DNA of 63,270 nt, filler included, from Octopus bimaculoides (GCF_001194135.2; 10 parts of 9 records of this genome joined end to end with filler, not necessarily neighbours in it), one strand, 5' to 3'; shown: positions 48,427-63,039, counted from the first letter of the whole stretch. Numbers and translations: made by a program. Notes: generated from the sequence alone by a model not told the origin.

Positions 48427-51400
48427 NNNNNNNNNNNNNNNNNNNNNNNNNNNNNNNNNNNNNNNNNNNNNNNNNNNNNNNNNNNNNNNNNNNNNNNNNN
48501 NNNNNNNNNNNNNNNNNNNNNNNNNNNNNNNNNNNNNNNNNNNNNNNNNNNNNNNNNNNNNNNNNNNNNNNNNNNNNNNNNNNNNNNNNNNNNNNNNNNN
48601 NNNNNNNNNNNNNNNNNNNNNNNNNNNNNNNNNNNNNNNNNNNNNNNNNNNNNNNNNNNNNNNNNNNNNNNNNNNNNNNNNNNNNNNNNNNNNNNNNNNN
48701 NNNNNNNNNNNNNNNNNNNNNNNNNNNNNNNNNNNNNNNNNNNNNNNNNNNNNNNNNNNNNNNNNNNNNNNNNNNNNNNNNNNNNNNNNNNNNNNNNNNN
48801 NNNNNNNNNNNNNNNNNNNNNNNNNNNNNNNNNNNNNNNNNNNNNNNNNNNNNNNNNNNNNNNNNNNNNNNNNNNNNNNNNNNNNNNNNNNNNNNNNNNN
48901 NNNNNNNNNNNNNNNNNNNNNNNNNNNNNNNNNNNNNNNNNNNNNNNNNNNNNNNNNNNNNNNNNNNNNNNNNNNNNNNNNNNNNNNNNNNNNNNNNNNN
49001 NNNNNNNNNNNNNNNNNNNNNNNNNNNNNNNNNNNNNNNNNNNNNNNNNNNNNNNNNNNNNNNNNNNNNNNNNNNNNNNNNNNNNNNNNNNNNNNNNNNN
49101 NNNNNNNNNNNNNNNNNNNNNNNNNNNNNNNNNNNNNNNNNNNNNNNNNNNNNNNNNNNNNNNNNNTATATATATATGACAGGAAGTAAATTATCAATTG
49201 GTCGGTCGACGAGAAGGCGGCTATTCTTGAGTTGGGAGTTACCAAGTATAACGATGCTCTGCAGCAAACGAATGTATGTATGTATACGTGCAGAGTTGTA
49301 TGTTTTGTTTTATGCATGTCTACCCGTGCATATACTTGCAAATCTAGACATGCTCATATATACTTAAATGATAAACCTCTGAAAAGTTTTACAGATTTTT
49401 ACATTTCTAGTGATGAATTGGATCTGTAGTCTTCGAATCAGCTTTCTCCTGTATGTATGTATGTATGTATGTATGTATGTATGTATGTAGGTATGTATGC
49501 ATGTATCTTCTCTTTTTTAATCATTATAAATCTTCCACTTAAGAGGGAGCCGGTTTCCAACAAAGGTACAAGGCTCCATCTTCGAGATGTAGTTAACACG
49601 GACAAATTCATATTTGGAACTTGAGAAAAGTCTTGCATATTTTTACTGTTCCACTCACAGATTGCACTTGTAATGTATGTATGTATGCATATATGTATGT
49701 ATGTATGTATTGCATGCATGGCTATGTTGAATATATATTATAGCACTGCTCAAGCAGAACGACACGAAACAAAACAAGACCACCACCAAGGCGGCAGCGG
49801 CGACGAAGACGACGAACCAGCTCTTCTGGCAATGTTTCTCACTGTAGACTGACATCTTATCAAGATGAAGGTTCATCTATCAATTACCAACATCATTGAA
49901 AAATCTGGCCTTAAGCACCGACTTTTATGAACACTTTACATTTCCTGCAAGTATTATTTACTTTGGAACAATGTTATGTTGTATAACAATTCAGAAAACA
50001 ACACCATAGCATAGCATAGCATGGCATAACAAATCAGGTTTATATTATAAACTGAAAATGAACATTAAAAATCAACGATGTGCAACTGATTAATTAAATA
50101 ACAATAGACGATATAAAAAGAAAACAACAGTCGAAATAAATGAGTTCGTATCTGCGGTGAATCTGGCGTTGTTTGATATTTGTTAATCATACAGGAATAA
50201 CATAAAGAAGTAAAATAAAGAAAGATAGAAAGAAAGAACGAAAGAAGGGAAGAAGCAAACGAAGATATATTTTGAAATGTTGATTAAAATAGAAATAATG
50301 TATTATCCTTCCTTTGATCTTCTCACAGTAAACTATTTGTTGACCAAGCTTCCTGAGACACACGCACACACACACACACNNNNNNNNNNNNNNNNNNNNN
50401 NNNNNNNNNNNNNNNNNNNNNNNNNNNNNNNNNNNNNNNNNNNNNNNNNNNNNNNNNNNNNNNNNNNNNNNNNNNNNNNNNNNNNNNNNNNNNNNNNNNN
50501 NNNNNNNNNNNNNNNNNNNNNNNNNNNNNNNNNNNNNNNNNNNNNNNNNNNNNNNNNNNNNNNNNNNNNNNNNNNNNNNNNNNNNNNNNNNNNNNNNNNN
50601 NNNNNNNNNNNNNNNNNNNNNNNNNNNNNNNNNNNNNNNNNNNNNNNNNNNNNNNNNNNNNNNNNNNNNNNNNNNNNNNNNNNNNNNNNNNNNNNNNNNN
50701 NNNNNNNNNNNNNNNNNNNNNNNNNNNNNNNNNNNNNNNNNNNNNNNNNNNNNNNNNNNNNNNNNNNNNNNNNNNNNNNNNNNNNNNNNNNNNNNNNNNN
50801 NNNNNNNNNNNNNNNNNNNNNNNNNNNNNNNNNNNNNNNNNNNNNNNNNNNNNNNNNNNNNNNNNNNNNNNNNNNNNNNNNNNNNNNNNNNNNNNNNNNN
50901 NNNNNNATAGATAGATAGGTAGGTAGGTAGATAGATAGATAGATAGTTAGGTAGGTAGGTAGCTAGGTAGCTAGGTAGGTATCTCTATACAGATAGATAG
51001 ATAGATAGATAGATAGATAAATAAATAGATAGAGAGAGAGAGGGAGAAGGAGTGAGAGAGAGACTTTTGAGATCGAATTCTGCTGAGGTCAATTTTACCT
51101 TTTATCCCTCCCAGGTCGATGAATTAAAATATTAGTCATGTACTGGATACCATTTAATCAAAAAATTCTTCCTGGTCAAATTGCTGGACTTACAGTATAT
51201 CTAAGTTTTAAATTATTCTATATATTTAAGTATTGATTCCTAATTGATGGAAGTTGAACTTGACAACTTAAATAATGAATTAAAAACACTGAGCTTCTAA
51301 CGATTGTCCAATCATAGACTCATTCACCACACTAATGCTTAACCCACTGGGTCGTTGGGGTAGAGTCAAAAACCGAAATGGCTTCCCATTAACTTAAGCC

Positions 51401-53150
51401 CGGTACGTGAGACGATTTTATCGGCTCAAAGGAAAGCTCATCAACTTGGTTGTAATTTGTTACTATGGGGTGGGGGTAGAATAACTTCCCGTTGAGTGCA
51501 GTAATTAATTGTATTACATGATTAACAGGAGCCTCATCAAATTTACAATATGGAGGTTCAAATCCTACCAGGGGCAAGTCAAGCAACAACAACATTGTAA
51601 AATAGAAATCAAAACGTAGGAAGTAAAAGTGTTAGAAAAACAAAACAAAAAATGAAAACCTGGAGTTATTTAGTTGACAGACATAGTGAATAGCGATGAA
51701 TCATATCGGAAACAAACGATATATGCATATCTGTGACACACGACAAAGAATTTAGATAAGTTACAGTGCTTTTATTCTTGAAATGTCCTTCATCAAGAAA
51801 TCTTGGTTCTATTGTCTTAAAAGTAAATATTTTTGTTATGCGTTTTTGACGAGAATAAGGAAGTAGTTGACATTAGCGAAATTTTAATTGACGTCACTCG
51901 TACGATTATCTGTATTCAGTCTTGTACATAAAAGGCTATTTATATGCAATTGCATTTAACATTAAAACGCATGCACACAACGGTCTGTACATGCCTATGT
52001 ATGTTTGTATGCTGGATATATTTAGAAATTTAGATATGCCCTACTTTTTCAAAGAGACTGAGAAGTCTGACGATGCTTTTTGTTAAACAAAATTCAAGGA
52101 CATCTAAGAAAAGGACTAAGCATATTCTTCACCAACCATCGGCAGCTGATTATAAACGAAGTAGAACAGCCTAAAGCAATTCACTCATCTAACAAACGAT
52201 TTTTTTAGATAAGCACAAGATGTCAGTTTTATAGGAAAAGGAGATATGAAATCACAGGAGGTTGATACCGCTCTCAAGAGTACTAGAGTTATAAGTTGAA
52301 ATCAAAATCGGGACGCAGCCTCGTTTTGACAAGAGCTTACTTCTACACACGATGCTCATTATGTTCGACATAAAGATGATTGACAACATAAGCACCTACT
52401 TACATGCTGATTATTATATTAGAAATAACCGTAATCAACAAATGAAATAGGGATACCTCTCTGAGAAAATAGACACTTATAGCATATAGAAAAAAAAAAC
52501 ATTGCAAAATTATGATAGAAACAGACATTATAACAGATAGTATAATATAGTATAGTAGAAACAACCGTCACTCGTGTCGATTGGTAACAGGCATCATGTT
52601 TTTACTAATTATTTTAGGTGCCTGTATAGTCGTGAATAAACATAAATGCATTCTTGGATCCCTTCACTTATGAACCAGAGTAACATAAAATACGAAACAA
52701 CGAGAGGGAGAGCAACACCCGGATTATATTCGGTATAGCTGGTCAATGGGAGTAACGTGAAATGAATTGCCTTGTCCAAGAACACAGCACCCGATACAGA
52801 AATTGACCCTACAAGCTTAGGATCATGAGCCAGACATTTTAATTATTAGATCATACACTTTCACCACAAAAAGTACTACGCAGATAATTGCAATGAGCAC
52901 AACAACAACCGTAACATCACGAATGGCAGTATAACTATTAACCTTCTAAAGCCGTGAGTTTGCTTTAGCAGGCGAGATTTCTTTTGACTATGACCCTGGA
53001 AGACGCAAAAGTGGGCGGTTACATGGTTTTGTGTTCACGATTAAAAATAACGATGTTTTGGTCAATTATCGCGCCGTAATCACAAAATCATGTGACCATC
53101 TACTTTTGTGTTTCCAAAAGTATAATCAAACGAAATCGCGTTCGTTAAAA

Positions 53151-53455
53151 CAGTGGTTTTCAACCGGAGTTCATATGACCCCCTGAGGGTCCATATAAAA
53201 TTTTGCGGGGCCCACGCTACAAAATAGTAAATTGTCCAGAATTTTAAGGGCCCCTAAAAAAGTTTTGTTTCAGATGAATGTATTGGTGTATTTTGCAAGA
53301 AACAGGACGGTCTCTTCCTCGATCGTTTTACCTTGTTCAAAGTACACGAGTTAAATATGTGCAAAACAAAATAGGAATTTTGAAAAAAACTAGTTTTTAA
53401 GCATCGAAATAGTAATCAAAGGATTCCATAGGTAAAAAATGGTTGAGAACCCCAG
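53151..53455. mobile_element. hAT-like MITE
   Basis: CAGTGGTTTTCAACC ... GGTTGAGAACCCCAG termini; no clean 8-bp TSD. Confidence 0.65.
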
Positions 53456-56030
53456 TGCTAAGCATACTGTCGGTTTGCAAGGAATACATGTCTACTGTCA
53501 TAATTTCTACATTTAAAGCATAATCAGTGTTCTCAATAATTAACCAGTTGCGTATCATACTTAAAGCTAAAACATCACAAAATGCCATATGAACTGCGGT
53601 ATTATGGGTTTTGTGGGTTACTGTGTTTAATAAAGTAATATATATATACCAGTAGCAGACGAAAATCATCCAGTGACTGTTTTCCTATATCAGTGACGAC
53701 GGATTTTACCTTAACATGCAGCTGCCAGTGAGTACATGCTACTGACAAAGTGCAACGACACAGAAATGCGCATCTAACATTCAAACCGCATTCGCCCGGC
53801 GTGCTAAAGTTTCTGCCAGCTCGCCGCTTTAGTCCACAAGGGATATTATCTCCGGACGCATACAGCAATTAATTCGCCTTTTCGTGATGTATTTGCATTA
53901 AGATGTCTATTTTAATCTAATACCAGTTCTGTTACAAGTAATGGATTTTGTTAATAATCGCTTTGAATTATGTTATATATTCAAATAAATCTGTTTGTTT
54001 GGACTTACGTTTGAAGCAAACCACTAACTATGCATCTAGATATTAACGAGTGATTTTCCTTGGAAAATGATCATATCTCAATGAGTGTATCAGAAAAGAA
54101 AAAGGTTTTCATTTTACTTTGGTTTGTTTAAGCTTCTCTAAAACACTCTCAACACTAAACCAATAAAACGGTTGAACAAATGAGTAGGATGCTGGCCTTA
54201 TGATCATAACGATCTTAGAATGAATTCTTTATCGAGTGACACGTTGTGTCCTTGTTCAACGCACTTCATTTCACGTTGCTCCAGGAGTTCAGCCCGAGTG
54301 CTGGTGCAGCTCTCTCTCTCTTCCTCCCCCTCTCTGATCTCTCTCTCTCTCTCCTCCTCTCTCCACTCTCTCGGTCTCTCGAGCTGTTATACACTGGATG
54401 CACTACCGAGTCGNNNNNNNNNNNNNNNNNNNNNNNNNNNNNNNNNNNNNNNNNNNNTTAATTAATTAANNNNNNNNNNNNNNNNNNNNNNNNNNNNNNN
54501 NNNNNNNNNNNNNATATATATATATGTATATATATATAAAACATTGCTATAAATTTACAAGTTCCTCTTGATAATTTCGTTTTATTCTGTAGAAGTATGT
54601 GCAACTTTGTCTTATTCATCCTATTAAAGATATATAAATTCAGCAAAAATTGCTTATTGTGACGGTTGATTATTAATCATAGAATTCGGTTCAATCAGTG
54701 TTTAAACTAACACGAGATTAGACCAACAATCTCCGAAACAGTTAAGGTAACTTGGGAAAGAGAGATCACATTTTCTTTATGTGATATATTTGAGGTCCGT
54801 TCTTCTCAGATATTTCATATACACATAAAGTTAAAGTACCAACCACAAGTTGAGACGTTTTTCCATCAGTGATTAAACTTTTTCTCTCGTCTAGTTTAAC
54901 TAAATTTGAACTGTCTAGATTCGGACAATATATACATATATATATATATATATAGTATAAGGGCCCTTCATCAGTTGTTGGCTGTCTAGCTACTCCTCAT
55001 TTCGAGCAAGGGTCCTTTCTCAATGTCGTGTTCTCCATTTTTTCTCGTTGTTTATGTATTTAACTCGTTGATTGAACCGTTGGTGATGTCCTTACATATG
55101 TATGTGTGTGTTTATGTGTGTGCGTGTATATATGTATGTACGTATGTATGTATGTTTGTATGTGTGTATGTATGTAATTGTTTCAGTCACAGTACTACGG
55201 CCTTGCTGGAAAACTGCATTGAAGTGTAAAATCGATCAGCAGGAGGTCAGTTCTTCCTCTAAATCTAGTACTTATTCTCTTTGAGCTGAACTTCTAAATA
55301 GGGGGAGGGAAAGAAACCACTGCAGTTTTTCTAGTGGTGAGGGAGAAACACAGAACACACCAGCACCTGCATACACACACACACACACAAACACATACAC
55401 ACAAACACATATACACATATATATGTACGTATATTTGTATGTATGCATATGTTTATATATTTAAATATATAATGTGTGTGTGTGTGTGTGCGTGCGTACG
55501 CTTGAGTTCATGTTTTTGTTTAAGAACCTGAAAACCAATGTTTTAAAAAGTTAAGTATATATATATATATATATATATATATNNNNNNNNNNNNNNNNNN
55601 NNNNNNNNNNNNNNNNNNNNNNNNNNTTAATTAATTAANNNNNNNNNNNNNNNNNNNNNNNNNNNNNNNNNNNNNNNNNNNNATCTGTGTGTGTGGAGAA
55701 AGAGAGAGCGAAAGAAAGAGTGGGAGAGAGAAAGAAGCAGTAAAAAGAGAGGGACAGGAGAATGAGTAGGAGACAGAAAAAATCGCATTGGGTTTTTGGA
55801 AAAGACAAATTGCAGACCACGACATTAAAAGATAACTGTTAGAAAAAAGCAAGGCAGGAATTGTGTTTTGTGTTTAGCGGAAGGGAAACGTGAAGAACCC
55901 GCAAACGTTCGGAACATTACTAAGTGCTAAACTTCACACGCTAACACCTTGCTTGCGCTGAAGAAAATACGTCCCATGGTAATGGCTGAAGCCGCCGTAT
56001 GAGAGTCGACTTAATTGCTCCTTCTAAAAT

Positions 56031-56265
56031 CAATAGTTCTCAGTCGGGATCCATATAACATTTTGTTGTTAAAATTAATGTGCAATAAATTGGCTATACT
56101 TCTACAATACACATAATATTTATACAATTTTTTTTTACAGTTCCTAATAACAATTTATTGTGAAAATATAACAATTTTTTAAACATTGAATATAACTAGG
56201 AGGGTCTACCCGAGTAAAATAGGAACGAAAGAGGGTCATTGGTCAAAATTGGTTGAGAAACACTG
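56031..56265. mobile_element. hAT-like MITE, degenerate
   Basis: CAATAGTTCTCAGTC ... GGTTGAGAAACACTG termini. Confidence 0.55.
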
Positions 56266-56826
56266 TTCGAGAGAGGTGTAAACGAAGTTCATGCTGTCAC
56301 ATAAATTTAGACTGTGGCACCAGTCTGGAGATAATGGATCAGTTGGCTAAGTTATGAAAACAAAAGCCAGAAGTTCAGATCCTGGAAGCACCAAGATAAA
56401 GCTGACTTTTATATGATTTCATATAAAGGGGCGTAACTAAATACAATCTGGTGTTTTGTCCGGCATTTTTCCACATCTGACAATATAGCATCACGTTTTC
56501 TGAATCCCACGTCATTAGTGACGAGGTACTGCTTTGTTGGTTGACGCTCCACCAATTCGAAAAAATTCACCGCCATTTTGTTAAATAATAATTTCCGACA
56601 TTAGTATAATGTCAGACACGTAAGGGATGGGAGCGGGGGTGGGGACTAGTCGACTAGTGGGGACTAGTCGATCCTATCACTGGTACTTAATTTATCGACC
56701 TCGAAATGATGAAAAGCAAAGTCGACNNNNNNNNNNNNNNNNNNNNNNNNNNNNNNNNNNNNNNNNNNNNTTAATTAATTAANNNNNNNNNNNNNNNNNN
56801 NNNNNNNNNNNNNNNNNNNNNNNNNN

Positions 56827-56858
<32 letters not shown>

Positions 56859-57563
56859 CCTTCCAGATCCCATATACTAGTTTCTACTCACGAAACATTG
56901 ACCAAAGCTAGACTGAAGACAAAGACGCCGTTTGGATCGATTCTGAAACACACAAATGCGAATCGAACTTCCTAACAACCATAGTTATTATTCTGCAAAC
57001 AAGCATATAAAGAAGGTAAACATGAGACTTTGTGATGAAGATGATGACGATGATGATGATATATTGGCTAAATGCATAAGCTACATAAAATCTTATTTGG
57101 TAATCGAAAAAAAAATTGTCGTTATTATTCAAAAACTCCCTTTTTTTTCTTGTTCATTTTACGTGTACAAAAGTCCTTTAACATATTGAAATATAAGCTA
57201 CAAGAAGAAATTCAAGTAACATAACTCTACCTACCGAAATAGCAGAGTAGTTTCCCCTGTTATATGAAATTAACCGTGTATTTTGAGTTTTGAATTTTAA
57301 TTACATTTTACATTCTGAAGTCGGTCTTTAGTTCATACATTTCGATCTGAGTTCAAATCCCACTATAGACAATTTTGAATTTCGTTGTTCCGGGATCAAT
57401 AAAATAAAACGCTAGGGGCCGTTTACTGGATTGTACCTTATTCTAATTTTGAGATGCTGCATAACACATACAGATATACACACGCACATAAAATCACACA
57501 CACGCAAATACAGACACACGCACACACAGACATATGCACATACAGACGCGTGTGTGTGAGAGC

Positions 57564-57609
<46 letters not shown>

Positions 57610-58090
57610 GCCTGTCTGACTGTCTGTCATATATACATATATGTTTGTTTATTAACCGTTTCGTTTTCCTGTCTTGTATTCCGTCCGCCACTATCCTCCA
57701 CGAAAATGATTTAATTTGTGTTCGTGGGAAGAACCATTTCAACGATGCGTACTGCCTTAATTCTTCGAAACGCCGGTGTTTTAATGGTGGCAGCTGATGA
57801 AGGAGATGTTTCTATGTGGCTTGCTTGTTTGTTGTACCTTGTTTATCATTTTGTCCATGTTCTTTTGCCACGTCATGTACCCAGTTATGTATCTGTGTGT
57901 ACATGTGGATGAAGGTATATACGCACATGTACATATATGTGCATATACTCATATATTGTTTATATATATATATANNNNNNNNNNNNNNNNNNNNNNNNNN
58001 NNNNNNNNNNNNNNNNNNTTAATTAATTAANNNNNNNNNNNNNNNNNNNNNNNNNNNNNNNNNNNNNNNNNNNNTATATATATATATATA

Positions 58091-58582
58091 TATATGCTGT
58101 AATTAATAGAGCAAACAGTAAACAGTTGTCATTATTAGTACTCAGAGTTTCTAATGTCGGAGCGAAGCGTTACTGTACATTCTCGTCGGTTATTAAATGG
58201 CAACAGACGCTACGAAAAACCGTCTGATTTAAGGGAAGTAACTCTAATAGATGGAAAAAGAGAATGTACAGTAGCGCTTCGCTCCGACATTCGAAATTGA
58301 GTGCTAATAATTCCTTCTACTGGAAGCACAAGGCCTCAAATTTGAGGAAAGGGATTAAGTCGATTACATCAACTCCAGTCTGCAACTGATGCTTAATTTA
58401 TCGACCCCGAAAGGATGAAAGGCAAAGTCTACCCCGGCGGCATTTGAACTCAGAACATGAAGACAGGCAAAATACTGCTAAGTATTTCGTCCCGGCGTGG
58501 TAACGATTCTACCAGCTCGCCACCTTCTGAGTACTAATAATGGCAACCGTTTACTGTTCGCTCCATAAATTATAGCATATAT
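58091..58582. mobile_element. MITE-like element with ~95-bp TIRs, right arm split by a SINE
   Basis: Left arm 58091-58184; right arm 58260-58311 plus 58542-58582; TA runs outside both ends. Confidence 0.8.
58312..58527 (-). mobile_element. Nin-domain SINE with 14-bp TSD
   Basis: TGAGT(G/A)CTAATAAT at 58298-58311 and 58528-58541. Confidence 0.85.
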
Positions 58583-58904
58583 AATCCTCTATTTCTACAT
58601 ATATCGAGGTCTCGTTCTTTTGTTATTATACATATTATTATTATTATATACACGGATTCTAGCTCTGGATTTTCATTGGTCTATGCCCATTGCTCTCTTA
58701 AAGTAAATCATAAATGGCAACATGCTAAGTATGTCTATTGCTTGTGCATAAATATATATAGAAAGAGAGTCAGCTTGCTCTGTGTAGTAGAGATGATGTT
58801 TTCAACTGCCATGAGTCGTTTTGATAATTAGTCTGTTAGTTCCTCTTCTCAGCACACTTGTATATATGGGTATAACACATATTCTTCTTCACAGACATTT
58901 ATTC

Positions 58905-59115
58905 TTTTATTTGTTTCAGTCGTCTGACTGCGGCAATATTGAGGCATCGCCTTCAATCGAAGAAATCGACCCCAGGACTTATTCGATGTAAGCTTAGTAC
59001 TTATTCGATCAGTCGATCAGTCTCTTTTGCCGAACTGTTAAGTATGCGTACGTAAACACACCAACATCCGTTGTCAAGCAATGCTGTGGGAGACAAACTC
59101 AGACATAGACACACA
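58905..59115 (-). mobile_element. SINE 3' half (central-(TG)n family)
   Basis: TTTGTTTCAGTC...GACCCCAGGACTTATTC...TCTCTTTTGCCGAAC...ACACCAACATC.GTTGTCAAGC. Confidence 0.75.
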
Positions 59116-59118
59116 CAA

Positions 59119-59176
<58 letters not shown>

Positions 59177-59276
59177 NNNNNNNNNNNNNNNNNNNNNNNN
59201 NNNNNNNNNNNNNNNNNNNNTTAATTAATTAANNNNNNNNNNNNNNNNNNNNNNNNNNNNNNNNNNNNNNNNNNNN

Positions 59277-59333
<57 letters not shown>

Positions 59334-59453
59334 GTATGTGTGTGTGTATGTATGTGTGTGTGTATGTATGTATAGGCGAGCTAGCAGGAGCGTTAGCACA
59401 CGGGCGAAATGCTTAGCAGTTCTCATTCCTAAGGTATTTTTCGATGTCATTAA

Positions 59454-59454
<1 letters not shown>

Positions 59455-59501
<47 letters not shown>

Positions 59502-59504
59502 CAT

Positions 59505-59572
<68 letters not shown>
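59455..59572. repeat. (ATT)n(ACT)n microsatellite
   Basis: Directly visible. Confidence 0.96.
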
Positions 59573-59635
59573 TTTAGGAACGTACAGTTCCTGACGAGAT
59601 TCGACTTTCGAATAATTTTTAATTTTATCAATTAA

Positions 59636-59671
59636 TTTTCTGAAGATCTTAAATTGAAACAGCTGTAAGAG
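59636..59671 (+). ncRNA. degenerate hammerhead-like motif
   Basis: TTTT-CTGAAGA-TCTTAAATT-GAAA-CAGCTG-TA/AGAG; stem II does not pair. Confidence 0.4.
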
Positions 59672-59914
59672 ATGTTTGTCAATTTTTTAATTAATAAATA
59701 ATAATTTATTAATTATCCCCCTATTTTCTTATTTTATTGTAATAAATAAATATATATAAACCACGGTTTATATAGTTATCATACAGTTGAATATTAATTG
59801 TAATGTTCAACATTCTTTGTATAGGTAACTAACCAGTACTTTCATTGGATGTTACTATCCCTTAATGAGGTTTGTAACCTTTATTTGAACTTATATACAT
59901 ACACACAAACACAC

Positions 59915-59957
<43 letters not shown>

Positions 59958-61636
59958 NNNNNNNNNNNNNNNNNNNNNNNNNNNNNNNNNNNNNNNNNNN
60001 NNNNNNNNNNNNNNNNNNNNNNNNNNNNNNNNNNNNNNNNNNNNNNNNNNNNNNNNNNNNNNNNNNNNNNNNNNNNNNNNNNNNNNNNNNNNNNNNNNNN
60101 NNNNNNNNNNNNNNNNNNNNNNNNNNNNNNNNNNNNNNNNNNNNNNNNNNNNNNNNNNNNNNNNNNNNNNNNNNNNNNNNNNNNNNNNNNNNNNNNNNNN
60201 NNNNNNNNNNNNNNNNNNNNNNNNNNNNNNNNNNNNNNNNNNNNNNNNNNNNNNNNNNNNNNNNNNNNNNNNNNNNNNNNNNNNNNNNNNNNNNNNNNNN
60301 NNNNNNNNNNNNNNNNNNNNNNNNNNNNNNNNNNNNNNNNNNNNNNNNNNNNNNNNNNNNNNNNNNNNNNNNNNNNNNNNNNNNNNNNNNNNNNNNNNNN
60401 NNNNNNNNNNNNNNNNNNNNNNNNNNNNNNNNNNNNNNNNNNNNNNNNNNNNNNNNTATATATGGAACAATTTGGCTCAAAAGATCCGAAAGATGGAGTT
60501 TTGCAAACATTTGCATTGATATTTGTTGCGAATTTACGGAAGAACAAACAGTTTAAAAATGATTTTTCCCACGTTATGAATTGGTCATATTCTGAATGAT
60601 CACTTGAAATTGAACTAAAAAGTACAACTACATAAACAGCCGCCAGTTATTTAGCAAATTTTACACATATAATAAGTAAAAGCAAGAAAAATTCACGTGT
60701 TTTTACGTTTGAATAGACGAATACTTCTGGTCATACGTATGACGAGATGTATAATTGTTTCACAAAATGATGATATAGATGCAGCCCAGGATAAGAAAGA
60801 CGAGCGTTATGAGATGCCACAGGAAAACTGTTTAGATGCTGGTTGAAGTGCAGTACAATGTCCTGTAGAAGCTGGATGTAGGGGTTTTATTGGGACTAGA
60901 CTGACACGGTGGTTGCTATCAACTGCTGTCCAACACTAGCAAGCTGACGCCATCTTAAAAAAAGATCCAGACGGCATTTGAAAAGGCAGCCATTGGATAA
61001 GGCTGAAAAGAAATGATGAAAACTGGCTGGGAAGGTGACGATCCCGAAATGGACTCGAGGTCAAATATTAGTCAATCGAACTATTCAGAGAAGCCTAATA
61101 TCAGTGAGCTGGAGAGGTTGGTACGCTGTAGAACCGTCAAGACAAAGGAACTGAAATGGCGCGCGTTCTTTCCTGATAACCCTTGGAACGATATGACATC
61201 CGGTATTCGGAGTTTTCCACTGACAACACTTGCACTAGTAAACTGTTTCTAAGTCTTTTTCCCACACACTGAATTGGTCTTCTAAAAAAATGACCTAAAA
61301 TTAAACTAAAAACTACCACTACTACTACTACATAAACAATAGCCACTTGTTATTTCGTTTTATATTTATAATATTAAAAATAAGGGAAATTAAAATGTGT
61401 TTACGTTCCAATAACCGAATATATTATCACTAGACGTACTACGTTTGATCAGAGGAACGACTGATGTATTTTTGGACGTCTTTGTTTTGTTTTTTTTAAC
61501 TAATTAAATCTCAGTGACTAATTATATTTCGATGTAATTTCGATGTGTTTACCAATATTTCTTTTCCATGTATATTTGCTAGACTGGTTCTCTTCAGATA
61601 TACATACATACATACATACATACATACATGCATACC

Positions 61637-61668
<32 letters not shown>

Positions 61669-61774
61669 TATATANNNNNNNNNNNNNNNNNNNNNNNNNN
61701 NNNNNNNNNNNNNNNNNNTTAATTAATTAANNNNNNNNNNNNNNNNNNNNNNNNNNNNNNNNNNNNNNNNNNNN

Positions 61775-61972
61775 TTAGATTCTGGAACTCCATACCAGGG
61801 CCAGCGCTCCAACTGCAAGCTTTGCTTAAAGGAGGCGTTCCATATTTTAAAATACAATTCTCCCACTGTACTTAATCGATATAATGAAGCATTTAGCACC
61901 TGCAATCACCGTTTTTTCCATACATTTAAATTTTATCACAAACAAAAATGCACAAACGATCACGCAACATAA
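61775..61972 (+). mobile_element. Penelope-like element ORF C-terminus (end of GIY-YIG)
   Basis: LDSGTPYQ...SNCKLCLKEAFHILKYNSPTVLNRYNEAFSTCNHRFFHTFK matches the CxLC...LN..E..S.C.H end of PLE endonucleases. Confidence 0.75.
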
Positions 61973-62210
61973 TCGCACGGCTCCCCATAGGCAACCTATT
62001 CGACCTGGCAAAACCATCCATCTTTTACCATCTTTTGAATAGATTCATTTCTTTTCCGATCCTATCACAACTATATATATATATTCCCAAATCTACTTCC
62101 TATAACACCACCACCACATACAGGCTACTTGGTAACTTTCGATCCCAATTCCACCGTCTGTAAATTAGGTTTAGCTATATTTTAGAATATGATACTACTA
62201 TCTCACTCCT

Positions 62211-62442
62211 AGGCGGCGAGCTGGCAGAAACGTTAGCACGCCGGGCGAAATGCTTAGCGGTATTTCGTCTGCCGCTACGTTCTGAGTTCAAATTCCGCCG
62301 AGGTCGACTTTGCCTTTCATCCTTTCGGGGTCGATTAAATAAGTACCAGTTACGCACTGGAGTCGATATAATCGACTTAATCCGTTTGTCTGTCCTTGTT
62401 TGTCCCCTCTGTGTGTAGCCCCTTGTGGGTAGTAAAGAAATA
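62211..62442 (+). mobile_element. full-length tRNA-derived Nin-domain SINE with perfect 17-bp TSD
   Basis: ACTACTATCTCACTCCT at 62194-62210 and 62443-62459; B box GAGTTCAAATTCC. Confidence 0.93.
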
Positions 62443-62990
62443 ACTACTATCTCACTCCTCTTTCCTTTATTAGTCCTTGGTTTGTCACCCATACCCCCAC
62501 CACCTATATACTACCTCTGCGCATTCCTTCCTCCTCACTAAACCATTTAACCTCATCCCCCTTCTTCCTTCCCTCACAATACCCATCCTCTCTGTCCAGT
62601 CAGACTAACTGACCACAACAAATATACCACTACCATCCTCCACCTGAATCTTTCCTCTATCCCCTTCCCATTCTGTCTTTAAGACTTGACCTATTTACCC
62701 TACGCACATCTCTCACTTGACTTGGTACATCCTTCAAGTAAACACAAGCAATATACCTCGGACACAATATGGCATATATATACACCTCTGCTATCTCAGC
62801 CTTTGCTGCAGCAACTATTTCCGGAAAATTCCCACAAGGATTACTTTACACGGATGCTTACTACTGGAATGAAACTACACTCCAAGTACTGTTTCCTCTT
62901 TCTTTCTTTTTTCAGCGCATCACACTCACTCTCACTTCATACTATAACTCTCCGCCTATGGATATAATAATCAATTCCTTTACTATTTCT

Positions 62991-63039
62991 GTCTCCGATG
63001 AAGGGAAGTACTGGATCTTCCCAGAAACAGCTGTAAGAC
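62991..63039 (+). ncRNA. type-I hammerhead candidate in PLE 3' region
   Basis: GTCT-CCGATGA-A-GGGAAG TACTGGAT CTTCCC-A-GAAA-CAGCTG-TA/AGAC; U4 is changed to C. Confidence 0.7.

Noticed and set aside
54960-55030. Minus-strand CTGATGAAGGG next to (TA)n
   Set aside because: Truncated by the microsatellite before any GAAA; cannot be evaluated.
56408-56575. Minus-strand 55-codon ORF with AAAATGGCG start context
   Set aside because: Short, no recognisable homology or clear splice partner; cannot be called an exon.
59585-59620. CTGACGAGATTCGACTTTCGAAT just upstream of the 59.6-kb motif
   Set aside because: GAAA is altered, and there is no stem III or stem I.
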